A program made the translations under genes and the position numbers. Shown one piece after another: positions 34,701 to 47,580 of a DNA stretch of 64,000 bases; within the stretch, counting starts at the first letter, position 1; every line of letters starts with the position of its first letter. Origin of the DNA: Minutocellus sp. GHC0000111 (taxonomy: Eukaryota); NCBI GenBank assembly GCA_977018835.1, contig OZ361260.1:1426001-1490000 (forward strand). Reading direction: 5' to 3'. Under the pieces are notes generated by a model. It worked only from the letters and a program-made list of their open reading frames with translations, had not been told where the DNA came from and searched no databases.

Positions 34701-35956
34701 CCGCCGATGTACGCTCAACTTCTGCACAGGCCTTGGCTCCCGTATTCGATGCCGCCTGCGCCGGCGCCCTTGCGGGTATCGCCCCCGCGGATCTCCCAAT
34801 GAATGCCCTCCGCTCTACCACCAAGTCCCTCGTACAGCAGCTGGAGACCGAGGACAAGGACGACGATGAGACTGTTTTTGCCCTCGCTGATGCTCTGAGC
34901 GACGTCCTTCGCTTTGCCCTCTACAATGTCAACGAAACTGACGGTAGACGTATTGCTCAGCTACCCGTTGACGAGGCCCGCACCATTGTCAAGCAAGTAA
35001 TCAGTATCATGAAGAGCTGCCTTGAGCGCCGAGCAGCCATCATCGGCGCTATAACTGGTGGATGTGATGGCGTTGCTCCCGATGAAGATGAGTGCGCCCA
35101 GCTCTATGACCAGCTCATGGCAGAAGAGAGGAATTTGACGCCCCTCCTCGATTCCATTGGATACACACTCAAGTCCCTCGGCGAAGCATTCGTTCCCATC
35201 TTCAAGTCCACCGTGGCGCCCTTCTTCTCACCTCTCCTCACCGCGTCGGGCACAGCTGATGTGAGAGCACGATTTGCTGCTGTTGCCCTCTTCGATGATT
35301 GCGTGGAGCACTGCGGAAGCGCCGCCGCTGCTCGGTATGCTCCTTACCTCGCCGAAGCTGTAGTTGAGGGTATGGACGACACCAAGAACGAAGGCGACGA
35401 GGACCTCAAGGTTGCGTCAATCTACGGCGTCGCTCAAATTGCAAGACACGCCCCAGCCAATGTCCTCGACAGCAGTATCAATGTCATTCTGGCACAGCTC
35501 ACTTCCATCATCAAGTCGGTCGAAGGTGTTGCCAAGGATGACATGGAAGATGCCCGAGTTGTGGAAAATGCCGTTTCTGCCCTCGCATCTCTCGCCATCT
35601 TTGATAATTCGCCCTACGCCAAGTTGGGACAGCGGCCAACCCTGCTCCCTCTCTCTCTCAACAACCTTCCACTTCAAGAAGATCCCGACGAGGCTCAAAT
35701 TTGCCACGACGGTCTTTGCGACTTGATTGAATGCGGTGCCATCGATGCATCTGCCAATGCACCTACGCTCCTGAATATTTTTGGCCAAATTCGCCAGTGC
35801 GTCGAGGAGGAGGGCGAAGAGATCGCAACCCCCGAGACCTGCAACCGACTCGGAGCTATCTTCGGATCCATGTCACAACAGGTGAGGACCCCCCACAAAG
35901 GCACCAATGCTGGACTCAACGACGTATCCCCCGACTGTGTCACCGGGATCTACTAA
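31708..35956 (+). pseudogene. Importin-beta family HEAT-repeat protein (importin-5/Kap121-like); intron 32236-32561; apparent frameshifts near 31970, 32045 and 34215
   Basis: LSAVLLRR, PEWRNHRAAL, FAPYYNNIMP, LRGSAIE, LILNTSQMQEKSSAC, LFDDCVEH, VENAVSAL, LPLQEDPDEA. Confidence 0.8.
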
Positions 35957-36191
35957 ATAGCAGTGTTGGTAGGAGGGACACGAAGGGGGCACAAATCATT
36001 TGGTTAGATCGTTTAAATCACCTTTTCTCTACACGTAAGTTACCATGCTCTAGAATCTAATCTAATCAAACTTTCGACGCAAATGCCTTTCCAAATCTCG
36101 ATCACTTCTAACTTCTAGATCTAGAGAGGAATATATGCGCGATAGATTTAAGCATGTGCCGGAACAAAAATGGAAAAGATGTGAATACCAC

Positions 36192-36899
36192 CTATTCAGT
36201 GTTGGTGTAGACGAGCTCATAAAGGTGTGGCCAATTGTTCTGATAGCTCTGGCGCGATGTGTCGAGCCTTCGGCATGCCCTCCTTGGTGACATTTTGGTC
36301 GAAGTCTTCTCTTCCACTCTCAGACGCCTCCTAGACAAGAATTCCGTTCCACGGGTGAGACCACCCTTGACGACGTTCTCAACTTCCAGAGCAAGTTGGT
36401 CGTTGGTTGTGCCTGGATTGCCATCGTAGTCCACCAGAACGGCTACCTTGAAGGTGTTGGAAGTGCCAAAGAGGAAATTGGGGACAGGAACGATGAGGGT
36501 CCCGTACGTAAATCCGACTGGGCCAGGATTGACATTACCGACGCCGAAGCTGGTATCCTGTACATTGTTTACCCAAAGCTTGAAGTCGATGATGTTTCCT
36601 ACCACGGGGTTGCTCAGAAGAACATCCGTGAGCGCATCGGTGGTTGTGACTTTCTCAGGACCGACGCCTGTTTCTTCGTCGGGGGTGTTGTCGATGAGAG
36701 CCAGGCCATAGCCTGGACGGGTGTCACTTCCATATCCAACTCCAACTGCAAGACGATGCACGTTGTATGAATCTAGGAGGGCTAGCTCACTATTGTACAT
36801 GAGGGCGGAAGGGTGATTGTTTGTTGGACTAGTAACAATTGGCTCGTTGTCGCCGTCCCCACCAATGTTGGGAATTCCGTCAGAGAGGAAAAACATGAG
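36192..36899 (-). pseudogene. 3' fragment of a VWA-domain protein
   Basis: LMFFLSDGIPN and VHRLAVGVG are C-terminal VWA motifs; the DxSxS N-terminal part is absent. Confidence 0.55.
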
Positions 36900-37759
36900 C
36901 TGCAGTGTGCGATCGTAGGAGATGAAGTGAGAACGGTGAGGGGTGGGAGTTGAGTCGAGCTCGGGTTGAGTTTGTATCTACGAGGTCGACTTCGTAGGTA
37001 CTTACCGCTTCCGAACGCTATAACACCTGTGTCGTAATGTCGTAATTTGTGACGATTTTAGGGTCGCACGGAGGGTGACTACAGAAATAGTTCAAGAGTT
37101 CAAGAAAAATAAGATGCACTCACCGACGGCAGGATTTTCTTCGTATTCAAAGGCATACAATTTGGTCAGATCTCTGTAACCAGCGTCGTTCGCCATAGCG
37201 TCGACCTTGTCCGGAGCTTCCTCCTCTGTGGCCGGACTGTCCTTAATGTTGGCGTAGTATCCAAGGGATTCGACGACCTTGACCCGGTCGTACAGATTGC
37301 CGTTGGGGTCGATGCATTCCACGGCATCCATGTGAAGATCGCGTGCATAGTACATGTAGCACTGTACTTTCCTGTTGCTGCGAGGTTGCTCTCGATGGAA
37401 TGCTTGAGGACGGCGGCAGCATCGTACAGATTATGTCCGGGGTCATACTGCGCATCGATCGCGGCATCATAGGCCACGTCCTCTGGGCATGAGTTCATCG
37501 GGACGACAAATGCAATGTTGTTGGGCCCACCGGGAAGTTCCCGTTCTTCTCCTGGGTAATAATGAATATCTGGGTAGGAGTTCTCCCAGTAGGCGCCGTC
37601 GCCGCCACCGGTGAAGAAAACCTCACAGGATTCCTGGAGGCGACGAAAGAGGTCCATAGACGAAGAGCTCTCCATGATGCTGTCGTCGACGAACAATGCC
37701 AAGACGCCCGCGACGAACATGATGGCGCATGCTGCCGCTGCATTCATCTTTATTTTCAT
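36900..37759 (-). pseudogene. 5' part of a type II membrane glycosyltransferase-like (GT8-like) gene; frameshifted and truncated; probable 21-nt micro-exon at ~37007-37027
   Basis: N-terminal TM, IAFVVPMNSC, YDAAAVLKHSI, DAVEC, DRVKVVESLGY, DLTKLYAF; frameshift near 37333. Confidence 0.5.
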
Positions 37760-38299
37760 CGTGCTATGTAGGCCTAGCTAGTATGTAATGATTCGGACGG
37801 GAGGGGGGAGCAACTGATTGGTTCAAAGTGAAAACGCAGGTGTGGCTGTTTTGCTCAATGAAGAAGCTGGAGGAACAGTAGTAGTGGAGTAGTGCACATT
37901 GTGAGAGCGCACGCGTGCGGGGACTGAAGAGAACGCTTTTTGGTCACCGTTTTTGTACCTAGGTACACCTTTTCAATACCCACCTTTGCTTGTCCCGTCT
38001 CTTTTTTACTTATGCCCTCTGACCCCGCGGGAAAAACTGCCATTTCTCGTGCGTGTGATGACCCCGCGGGACGTCAAAGTCACAACCTGCCCAACTGCGG
38101 CGGCCATTTATTATTGTTTGCATCGAGCGACTACGGAAAAGACCCTCAGTATCCATTTCGGTGTTAGGGTTTTCTCGAGCTCATTTTCTGATGGCGGGCT
38201 ATCGCTAGGCTGTTGATCCGTTGATTTGAGCAACGCCGACCTTCCAACCTGCGCACTTTGCAACTTGCCACCCGCCCGTCATCACTGTCAGAATCAGCC

Positions 38300-40159
38300 A
38301 TGCCCACCCTGGTAATCACTGGCCATCCCTCCGCGGGCAAGTCGAGATTTGCCCGCATCCTGGCCGAACGGGCTCTGGCCCAACCGCCTCCTCCGGCCGG
38401 CTCCACAACAACAGCGACAGCCGCAAGAATATCGACCGTCGTCATCATCTCAGAGGAGACGGCCTGTCCTGGCAGGACCAAGTCGGAGTGCTACGAGACC
38501 TCCAAGGCAGAAAAGGTGACGAGAGAGGCCCTCAAGTCGACCTTTGACAAGTACTGCACATCCTCGGGTGGCGGTGGCAGCACTGGCACATGTAGCGGAA
38601 GTTCGGGCGGCGGGGGCAGCGGCATCGTCCTGCACCGCAAGCAGGACGCAGACGGCAAGGCACAGAATACCATTAACAGCAACAGCAACGAAAGTCGTCT
38701 GGTCATACTCGATTCCCTCAACTACATCAAGGGATTCCGATACGAGATCCACTGCATCGCCAAGGCGTCGGGACAGCGGCACGGTGTGGTATGGGTGCTG
38801 AACGATCCCGACAGATGCTTGGAATGGAACGACCAACGACGACAACGGCAGAAGATGGATACAAAGATGAAGAAGAGTGATGATGCGGATGGTGATGACG
38901 ACAATAATAGCACTGCCGCAGAGGATTGGTATCGGGACGATGACATGATAAGAGAGTTGATGCGCCGGTACGAGCCACCGGATGAGCGCAATCGATGGGA
39001 CAAGCCGCTGTATCGGGCCGATATTGGGTCCATCCTGGCCAAGACGGCGGATGGCAACTGCGACGGACAAGGGGATGCACCAGCAACTACATCGGCAAAG
39101 AATCCCGATGGAGATGACAAGGCCAAAACGACGTCCTCGTCGGCAAATGCTGTGCTGAGCCGGACATTGTACGACATGCACTGCCTCACCGAGGCGATCG
39201 GTGGCGATACTACGACCGATGCACAAACAGAAACAAAGTCAACGACTCAGCTCAAGAAACCAACATCCAAAACCTTTAAGCGGACAACAGCGGCTGGGTT
39301 CAAACGGAACAAAGCCCGATCGGCCACCGCGGCGGCTGCTGCGAAGGGCAAATCAACGACGGGAGCCTCGGTGGGCGTGGCCATATCGCAGCTCACTCCC
39401 GAGGCGCTGGAGTCACTGGATGCATCGAATGCCAGGAGTAATGATTATGCCGGCGGACCATCAACCATTGACGGGCAGAGTATTGACAACAAAGGCGAAA
39501 GAAATACAGGTTGCAGTGCGCGACAAGCTGCAATCGCAAAGGGGGTGGGAGGTGACAAAAAGGATCTCAACGACAATGCAACACAAAAAGAACCGACCAC
39601 TCTGGAAGAGCTTGCAGACTCGATTCTAAACTCCTTTCTGGGGAAAGATGTCATCCCGCTCAAGGAGGGAAAGTCGACAGCGCTGCTTGTCAATGCTGGA
39701 GCGAATGTAAGTCGGGTGTCACTCATATTATGCATATGCCGATTTGTGACTGCGAGGGAGTAGGGATGAAATGGCGGACTCATTCCAGCATGGCACTGTT
39801 TTTTCACTTTGAATGGTGCATATTTCATTGCTCTTCACCCCCCTACCTCCCTCCACTTACAGGTCCTTCATGACGTTGATGCAATTACTCAACGGTTGGT
39901 TACCGCCCTCATGACCGAGCAACGGACTGCCGCTGCAAGGGGAGGTGCCGGCACGAACGGAGGAATACTGCGCGTAACAGTTGGTCAGGGTGACATGGAG
40001 AATGCACTGACAATCCGGACCAATCGATCGGTATCTTTATCGGAGCTGAAACGGCTCCGTCGAGAGTATGTGAAATGGTCGTCTCCTCATCCTCCGGAGG
40101 ATACGAGCGAGATTGGCATAGCAAGATCCTTTCTGACCTTTGTAGAATCTCAGCTTTAA
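38300..40159 (+). CDS. KTI12: KTI12 (Elongator-associated P-loop protein); intron 39707-39862
   Basis: MPTLVITGHPSAGKS, LVILDSLNYIKGFRYEIHC, RYEPPDERNRWDKPL, NVLHDVD, ELKRLRREY. Confidence 0.92.
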
Positions 40160-40413
40160 TTCAGTAGTAGAGCTATAATTGCTATTATATAATGGACAAA
40201 GTGTGACGCGTTGGTTGCCGAGGAATCCCCAGCTAAAAAGCAAGCACTGCGTTGTTCAAGCCCATACTGGGTAGTGTGGTATTCATTTATAAAACATTTC
40301 CTATATATATAATTCCATTATGATATTTGGACACAAGAAGTAAGCAGATGTTCGGGATCTTCGAGAACAACCAATTGGCACTGCTTCAAGAAATAAACAA
40401 TCCCTTGTTGCAT

Positions 40414-42339
40414 TTACTTGGACTGTTCTGGCCCTTGATTCTTGGCGAGCAGAGCTTTCGCAAGGAGTCCAAGCGCATGTCCCATGGCATAGGAGTTGTT
40501 GCCGTGTCCTTGCTCGCTCCGCCCGGGATCCGGTTGGGTACCCCCTCTGGAACTAATTCCAGTACCTATAGATAGCGATGCCGTGGCACCCGGCCCGCCG
40601 GAATTGGCATCGACGCTGCTAGTCGTGGCCTGAGGGGAGACTCCGGCGAGAGCAGTGGCAGCCTGGCGCCGCTGGTACAACATCGCCTGCATTACTTGGA
40701 CACTTGGGGTAGGTGCAGTAGGCCCGGCTGCCGGCAGCAGCCTTTCCTGCTGGGCAGGAGGATGTGATTGCTGTTGCATTTGCTGAAGCAAGGTAAGTAC
40801 GGGGCAAAAATCATTGTTGTTGAGTGGTGCCATAGACGGCGGAGCGGCAGCAGGGGCATTGATAGGCAACGAAGGGGCAGCGGTGAACGCGACTCCAGGC
40901 TGAGGCTGAGGCCGAGACTGAGGATGAGGGGCGACCAAGGCAGTAGGAAAAACTTGGCGATGCTGCTGCTGTGGACCGAGCTGCTGCCCCCGGAGCAGAG
41001 CGAGGATAGAGCCAGGGTCAATATTGGCCAGGCTAGCGGCAGGGATGTAGGTAAGGGTGCCAGTACCTTGATTTGTAGGCGGAGAAACGCCACTAACGCC
41101 ACCTCCTCCTCCTACCCTCTGTACGAGTTCTGCTAAAGCGGCCACCTGCAGCTTTTGCTGTTGCTGCTGCTGCTGTTGAAGTCGCTGGGCTAAAATCGTG
41201 CGAAGGAGGACGTCGGTATCAACTGCATTGACCGCATTGAGAGCGGGCAGCTGCGGCTGCTGAGGTTGCGGTTGAGGCATGTTGTTGTTGCTTGCGACGC
41301 TTCCGGGGGCACCACCTCCTTGCAGCAAGCCCGAGGCCAAAACTGCTGAGAGAAGCTGCTGGTTGTTTGCGCTTGTGGTAACGCCAACGCCGCCAGTAGG
41401 TGCGCCCCCTACAAAGGCGACCTGACGAGGTATACCAGCGGGAGGTGCAATAGCAGTGCCGGGGATTGTTGCAGCCGAAGAAGGCTGGACCTGAAGCGTG
41501 TGCGATGACTTGAGACGCTTGCGATCATTGTCGTCTCCGGATCGCGACGAAGAAGACGCCGAAGACGACGCCGAAGATGAGGAAGAGGAAGACGAAGAGG
41601 ACGAGTTGGAGCGCTTCCGACGATCAGCACCCCTCGGTTCACAATCCTTCTTCTTCTTCTTCTTCTGCCGGAGGGTCATCTTGATCTTGTCGAGGGTACG
41701 CTTGGTTCCGGCCACCTGCCAATTGCACTGGTCGGTGGAAACGCCAGCCTTCTCGGCGACGTCGGCATCGACCTGCTCGAGGAATCGTCCCGGCGGTGCG
41801 GTCTCCAGTTTGGCTGCAGTACCGGTAGCGTCATCGGAAGAGGCAGTGCTGGTAACGAGAGACGACCCTCTGCCATTAAGGACGGCGTCGAGGATCTCCT
41901 GGGCGATGGTGTTCTTGGTCCTGTTCTTGCAGCGGCGGCTGTTGTACTCCCGTCGGCGTTCCTTAACGATCTTTCGGAAGCGGACGTTGCCCTCCCACTG
42001 GGCGTGCTGGCTGCCCCGGCCGAGGAGGATGTCGGTAGGCTTAATCTCGTCGTTGGGAATAATAATCGGCAGCACTGTGGTGACACGAGGGTTGGCGTCG
42101 TTACCGCTGATGCCACTGCCACAGGACTCTTGTTTCTTGGTTGGCGGGGAGGACGACGAGGAGGACGTCGTGCATGTAGGCTGATTATCATTCGGTTCCG
42201 CTCCCGCTCCCGTCGTTGTTGGAATTGGGCCGGCCGCCAGTACCGGTTGTTCTCTCGAGCCCGATGAAGCACACATAGCAGCAGTGATGTTGGCCCCGCC
42301 GCTCTTGCTTGTTCCTTTGGTGGTCTCTCGCTGCTGCAT
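40414..42339 (-). CDS. DUF6824-domain protein with a Q/P-rich tail (putative transcription regulator)
   Basis: PTDILLGRG..WEGNVRFRKIV...GRFLE...W..A...DKIKMTLRQ. Confidence 0.8.
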   Translation of the reverse strand: MQQRETTKGTSKSGGANITAAMCASSGSREQPVLAAGPIPTTTGAGAEPNDNQPTCTTSSSSSSPPTKKQESCGSGISGNDANPRVTTVLPIIIPNDEIKPTDILLGRGSQHAQWEGNVRFRKIVKERRREYNSRRCKNRTKNTIAQEILDAVLNGRGSSLVTSTASSDDATGTAAKLETAPPGRFLEQVDADVAEKAGVSTDQCNWQVAGTKRTLDKIKMTLRQKKKKKKDCEPRGADRRKRSNSSSSSSSSSSSASSSASSSSRSGDDNDRKRLKSSHTLQVQPSSAATIPGTAIAPPAGIPRQVAFVGGAPTGGVGVTTSANNQQLLSAVLASGLLQGGGAPGSVASNNNMPQPQPQQPQLPALNAVNAVDTDVLLRTILAQRLQQQQQQQQKLQVAALAELVQRVGGGGGVSGVSPPTNQGTGTLTYIPAASLANIDPGSILALLRGQQLGPQQQHRQVFPTALVAPHPQSRPQPQPGVAFTAAPSLPINAPAAAPPSMAPLNNNDFCPVLTLLQQMQQQSHPPAQQERLLPAAGPTAPTPSVQVMQAMLYQRRQAATALAGVSPQATTSSVDANSGGPGATASLSIGTGISSRGGTQPDPGRSEQGHGNNSYAMGHALGLLAKALLAKNQGPEQSK

Positions 42340-43025
42340 GTTTTGCTGTTGTTGCTTACCGTAGTAATTCCTTCTTCTCTTGTCTTCTTCTTGTAGTGTG
42401 AGGTAAAGAGTTGTGAGAGCCAGCAACCCACGGGACCTCACGCAGAGGAGGGCCGCCACGAGCTTCCAAACGGCAAAAAGTGGATCATGAGTGGTGAATT
42501 TTTCACTTTCGCTCCGTTCTACCGCGGGAAATCGGAAACTGCGACAAGTCCTTTCAGGCTTTTCAACCATTTTATATAATAGTTTCGGCTTTCTTCGGCT
42601 GTCTGCATGCCAGGCCATTTCGGCGGCCATGAACAAAATTCATGGGACAACCAATTTGTCACTCTTGCTGCTTCTTTCCGGGATGGCGGGACCTCACTAG
42701 GCCTACATGTATTTTGGAAAGGTGGGACCTCTCTCACACAATCTTTGACGACTTACTCGACTCATCGACTCGACACAGAAGCAGCACAAGATCTGCGATG
42801 ACCTCACATGCAAACGAAACGCAAGCCCTCGCGGCGGCGGGGCAATAAACATCAGCTTGTCCTTCGTGGGTGCTACAGTATCTACTCGTCTTGTTGATGC
42901 CAATACTGGAGGCCAAGGCTAATACTAGTAGCATACCATCGACCTACCCCGCATTCCTTTCGGACGTGTTCGCAACTTTCCACCTATTAATATCGGCTCC
43001 AACAATACGCACAGAGTACGTACAC

Positions 43026-45147
43026 ATGCCCCCTCTGCCCAGAACATACGACAACGTCCTGACGGCCGGGGATTTGCCGCCACCGTCGTCGTCGCCGACG
43101 CCTTCTTCGTGCTCGTCGACATCGTCCCGCACTGCCAGGGGCCGACGGGCGAAACAGATGCCGATGGCGTCGCCATCGTCGCCAACCCCGTCGCTGGAGG
43201 ACGACGGAAGCTGCGCCGATCACGACGTCCCACTCGATGATGATAGTAGGAATTATTATGGTGCAGCAGCACAGACGCCTCCTCGAGGAAACTTCCGACA
43301 TGATGCCGCCGGCACTGGCACCACCGCTGACGATCTGCAAAGCCTGGTCGATAGCGTCCTCGACCCGCACCCCGTCGACATTCAGCCGCTCCTCACCAGC
43401 CTCAACGGGGCGGCGATGACCCCGTCCATTGCCGGCACAGATAACAATTATAATATAAATAACCGCAATGATGGTGCCAGTGCCTTCTCCGAGTACGAGC
43501 AATTTGGTCCCCACGCGCACGAGATGGACGGAGATGGCTTCTTCTCTGGCGCGTACAATAACGGCACCGACCGCGACCACGGACTGATCGTGGGATTCAT
43601 CTTCTCGTGTCTACGCGGCATCAAACTGTTGGTCGGCGACGTTCTTTCCATCTGTCGGTTGGACACGTACTTCAACTCCTTCTTATCGCTTCTGGGCACG
43701 TGTATCAACTCCCTCTCGTCGTCCCTGGACATGGGACAGCGGCTGGTCTTTGCGGCGGGTTATCTGCGGAAGATGATATCCCGCGGTCTGGGTGCGATGC
43801 GACGGTATGGCAAGCATTATGGCAACAAGCTGATGGATTCGGTTTCTCAGGGCATCAATGCCGTCGGTGTCAGTGGTAGCGGCAGTGGCGGAGGAGGCAA
43901 CAACAACTCCGATGGAATGAGGGAGCGCATGTTGGGTCTGCTTTCTGCTCTCCCCTCTCTAGTTGGACGAGATGCCAAAATTGCCCTCATCCTAATATGT
44001 TCCGTTGTTGCCATGGGAATTGTTGGCAAGCTCAACTCGCATTTTTCGTCACCGTCCAGTAACGACGTGAAGCTGTCCACTCATAGCGATGCCGAGAAGC
44101 TCCTGTCCAATATCGATTTATCGGTGGCCAATCCATCGAATGTTCGGCTGCCCCGCCCCTACGAAGCCATGGCCAATGTCGCTGACCGCCCTTTGGCCAT
44201 CACGGACACACCGGTGTACTGGGAGATCCCAAGAAGTGGCAGCACCACCATGATGAACATTGCGGCTACGTGCTTTGCAAAGGTAGTGGCCAGCGAGGTG
44301 GGGGAGCTTGACGGACACGCCACAGATGCGGTGAGATGTATATGTGAATGCATTCTTCTTCTTTTTGTTGTTTTTATATCTTGAAAAGCAATTTGTTGTA
44401 GCTGAAACTTTCTTATCGTCTGATACCACAAACCCTTCCTTCATTTGTCTCATTGCCATTCAATCTCAGACACTCCAAATTGTTGCCAAGGAGTATGGAA
44501 ATTTTGTAAATGTCGACACTACCAGACCCAACGGTATCAAGCGGGCACAAAAGTTGGGCTTGGTCCCATCTCGGATTGCTGGAGCGATATTTTCCCCATA
44601 CGCGCAAGAAATATCGTCCCTCTTTGATCACAAGCACAAGGGTAGGTTCTTCACCATGATGAGAGATCCGGTGAGCCGCATAGTGTCCATGTACTACTAC
44701 AACCAAGTGCAAGGCCTCCTTCCGTCGGACGACACCACCATCGTCCAGTTTGTTGCGATGAATGAAGAAAATTGGATGACCCGGATGTTGACTAATAAAA
44801 TGACAGGAAAGATCAGAGCTGCCGATTTGGACGTGGTCAAGGAAGTTTTGCGGCGCAAGTTTGTCATTGGCCTTTGGGAAGACAAGACGGAATCGATGAG
44901 GCGAATCGAGCAATATTTTGGTTGGAAATTCCCAAGTCCGGTGGCACAGAATTGCAAGAACGACAAGCTGTATTTCGAGTGGAACAACAAGAATCCGCAT
45001 CCCAGTTTTGAGAACGAGGATGAGCTGATATTGCAAATACAAAAGATGAACCGCTTCGATGTAGAGCTGTACGCCTATGCCAAGCAACTATACCGCGAAC
45101 AGGAGAACATTTTTTGGACCGGATCAGGGGGCGGCGGCTTGAGATAA
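43026..45147 (+). CDS. Membrane-anchored sulfotransferase-like protein; intron 44331-44469
   Basis: PVYWEIPRSGSTT (5'-PSB-like), FTMMRDPVSRIVSMYYY, NWMTRML, NRFDVELYAYA. Confidence 0.8.
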
Positions 45148-45251
45148 TGAAAAATAGATGAATCGTACCATGATAACATTATCCCTGTTAAATTTATTGA
45201 AGCTCGAGAGCTAAACCCGCGGAACCCCCGAATACGGTAACACGGTATATA

Positions 45252-46001
45252 TGTTAGTCCCAAAATGCGCACTGTCCCAGTTCGCGAACTGGGATCCCAG
45301 TTTGCGAACTGAGATTCATTTATCCCAGTTTGCGCACTGGGCCCCAGTTCCCAAACTAGGATCTCAGTTTGCGCACTGATACTACCAGAATGGAAACTGA
45401 GATAAACACGCCAATCCGAATTTGGGAACCAGACGAGTTCGCGAACTGGAACAAAAATGAATACCAGTTTGGAAACTGGCATTCTCGGCAAGTGTCAGAA
45501 TGGTAACTGCCGGTGTTGGCTCATGCACAATGATTATGTACTGGTAGATCTATCTACAATACAAGTTGCACTGTGCATCATATCTTGAATTTGCAAGCTA
45601 CATGTACTGGTACAGTAGCAACATGATGCCGGCATAGCACAGATGCATGTACAGTTCATGACTTATATTTGCCAGAAGCAGCTAGCTAGATATTATTATT
45701 TATTCACTATATGTATTTAGTATCAGCTAATGCCAATTTATTGAGTATCAGCTCCGGCACTAATGTCGTCTGGACGTCTGGACCAGGTTTGGGCTGTGTT
45801 GCTTCACTATGAAAAAATGAAGCGAGGAGAAGCAAAGGCGATATCATCCATGCTAAATATTCATTATTTCTCGATTGATCCCAGTTTGCAAACTGAGATT
45901 GTGCCTATGATCCCAGTTTCCAAACTGGGATAAATTAATCCTAGTTCGCAAACTGGGATCCCAGTTCGCGAACTGGGACAGTGCGCATTTTGGGACTAAC
46001 A
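45252..46001. mobile_element. Non-autonomous DNA transposon (MITE), ~750 bp, perfect ~59-bp TIRs (TGTTAGTCCC...), TATATA on both sides
   Basis: 45246-45310 is the reverse complement of 45943-46007; subterminal CCAGTTYGCRAACTGG palindromes; no transposase ORF. Confidence 0.9.
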
Positions 46002-46036
46002 TATATACATATACACACATCTATAATATGGCCTGT

Positions 46037-47580
46037 CTACGTGCAGCATTTACACGAAACTTCACCTTTATCCGCGACGATCTCAATGGTTGGTTTTGCA
46101 TCGCAGAGGAAGTCTACGGATCCCTCCAGAAAATTTCCACTTATGAGAAGGGTGTGCAGGGACAAAAACGCGCTGTATTCCAAAGGAACCGTACCAGTGA
46201 TGCGATTGCTAGTGACGTCAATAGACATCAACCAAGGGGGACTAGGACCAAACGTAGGCATGGCAGTCAGCTCATTACAGCATGCATCCAGGCTTTCCAG
46301 CTTTTTCATCCCAGCCATGGGGGGCAGTTCCCCCGACAGATTGATATCTTCCAGTCCGAGGATCCGCAACTTTGTCAGCTGCTCGACTCTGGGCGACAGT
46401 GTTCCCTTCAGATCATTCCCACCAAGGTGCAGTGTGTCCAGATGCCGCAGCTCGAAGACTTCTTCCGGTATCCCCCCGCCGCCGTTGCCGACCGAACTGA
46501 TCAGCCGATTCCTTGCCAGAGACAGGTGCGTGACCCACCCCTCGTCGTTGCACTTTCCGACGCCGACCGTCCGCGTACCACTGAGGGGGGCGTTCCACTG
46601 ACATTCGTGGGAACTGCCATCCAAGAAGTTGCTCTGTATTCTCCACCAATCTCCGGACGTTCCGTAGTACAAGGCCGCCAGGGCGTACCGCTGAACTATG
46701 CGCTCCGTCTGTTCCTTTGTCGTTGTGCTTCTAGTAACATCAATAGTAGATGATGCACCGGTCTCATTACTACCAGCATTCCCATTCTCATCGGGCAGGA
46801 GTAGGCCCATGGCATCGACGTCGGCAAGCCACCGGAGGGCGGAATACTGATACATGGTCGGATCGCGGAGGGGGCTCAAAGTGGTTCTGTTGCTGTCCTT
46901 CGAATAATCGACGTAGATCGTGTCTTCCAGGAGATTCCTGAAAGCCACGAATCGCTCCGATTCTTCGACCGTTTCTCCCGAAAGAGGTGGTATTGTCGTG
47001 TCGGTGTCTGTAAAAGTAGACGATGTCGTTGTTGTGTCTGCAACTGGCCTACTGCCGCCGTTTCCGTTCGGCGTCAACCCTTGTTGTGGCTGGTCGGCGG
47101 TGCCTCCAGACGAGACCGACAGGGCGACCGCGACCGCCACGACGAATCCCGCCGCCACCACCGCCAGCCCGACCAACCTCCTGCGTCGGTGTCGCCGGTG
47201 ATGTTGCTGATGTTGCTGCTGCTGTTGCTGCCGCCGCCGCCCATCATACCGGTGCTGGTTGCACTGCCCTCGTTGGCAACGTTGCCGTTGATGTCGTCCG
47301 ATATGACGGCCACCGACGACGCCGTTACGAATCCCGGCAGGACGACCGAAACGGCCGCGTCGGCCACCTCCGCCTCCTCGGCGACGGGGACGGTCGTCGG
47401 TGTCTGTTGTTGTTGTGCCTGTGGGCCCTGCGCCGGCGCCGATGACGATGCCGCTGCATGTGCTTCCTGATTATGATGGGATGTGTTGTGATTGTTATTG
47501 TTATGAGGCACGTGCACATCCGGCCCCGCCGCCGGTGGCGGTGCAGCAGCGGACATGGACGACGCGGACGAAGCCGACAT
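46037..47580 (-). pseudogene. Type II membrane LRR protein (diatom L-domain-like), frameshift near 47240
   Basis: TM VGLAVVAAGFVV; QYSALRWL, IVQRYALAALYY, HECQW, LRRs LHLGGNDLKGTL, C-terminal CKCC. Confidence 0.75.

Noticed and set aside
35880..35956. Possible foreign C-terminus or missed intron at the end of the importin
   Set aside because: A CAG|GTGAGG donor is possible, but no convincing downstream exon or donor gene is identifiable.
45252..45480. CRISPR-like palindromic repeats
   Set aside because: Irregular spacing; they are subterminal repeats inside the MITE.
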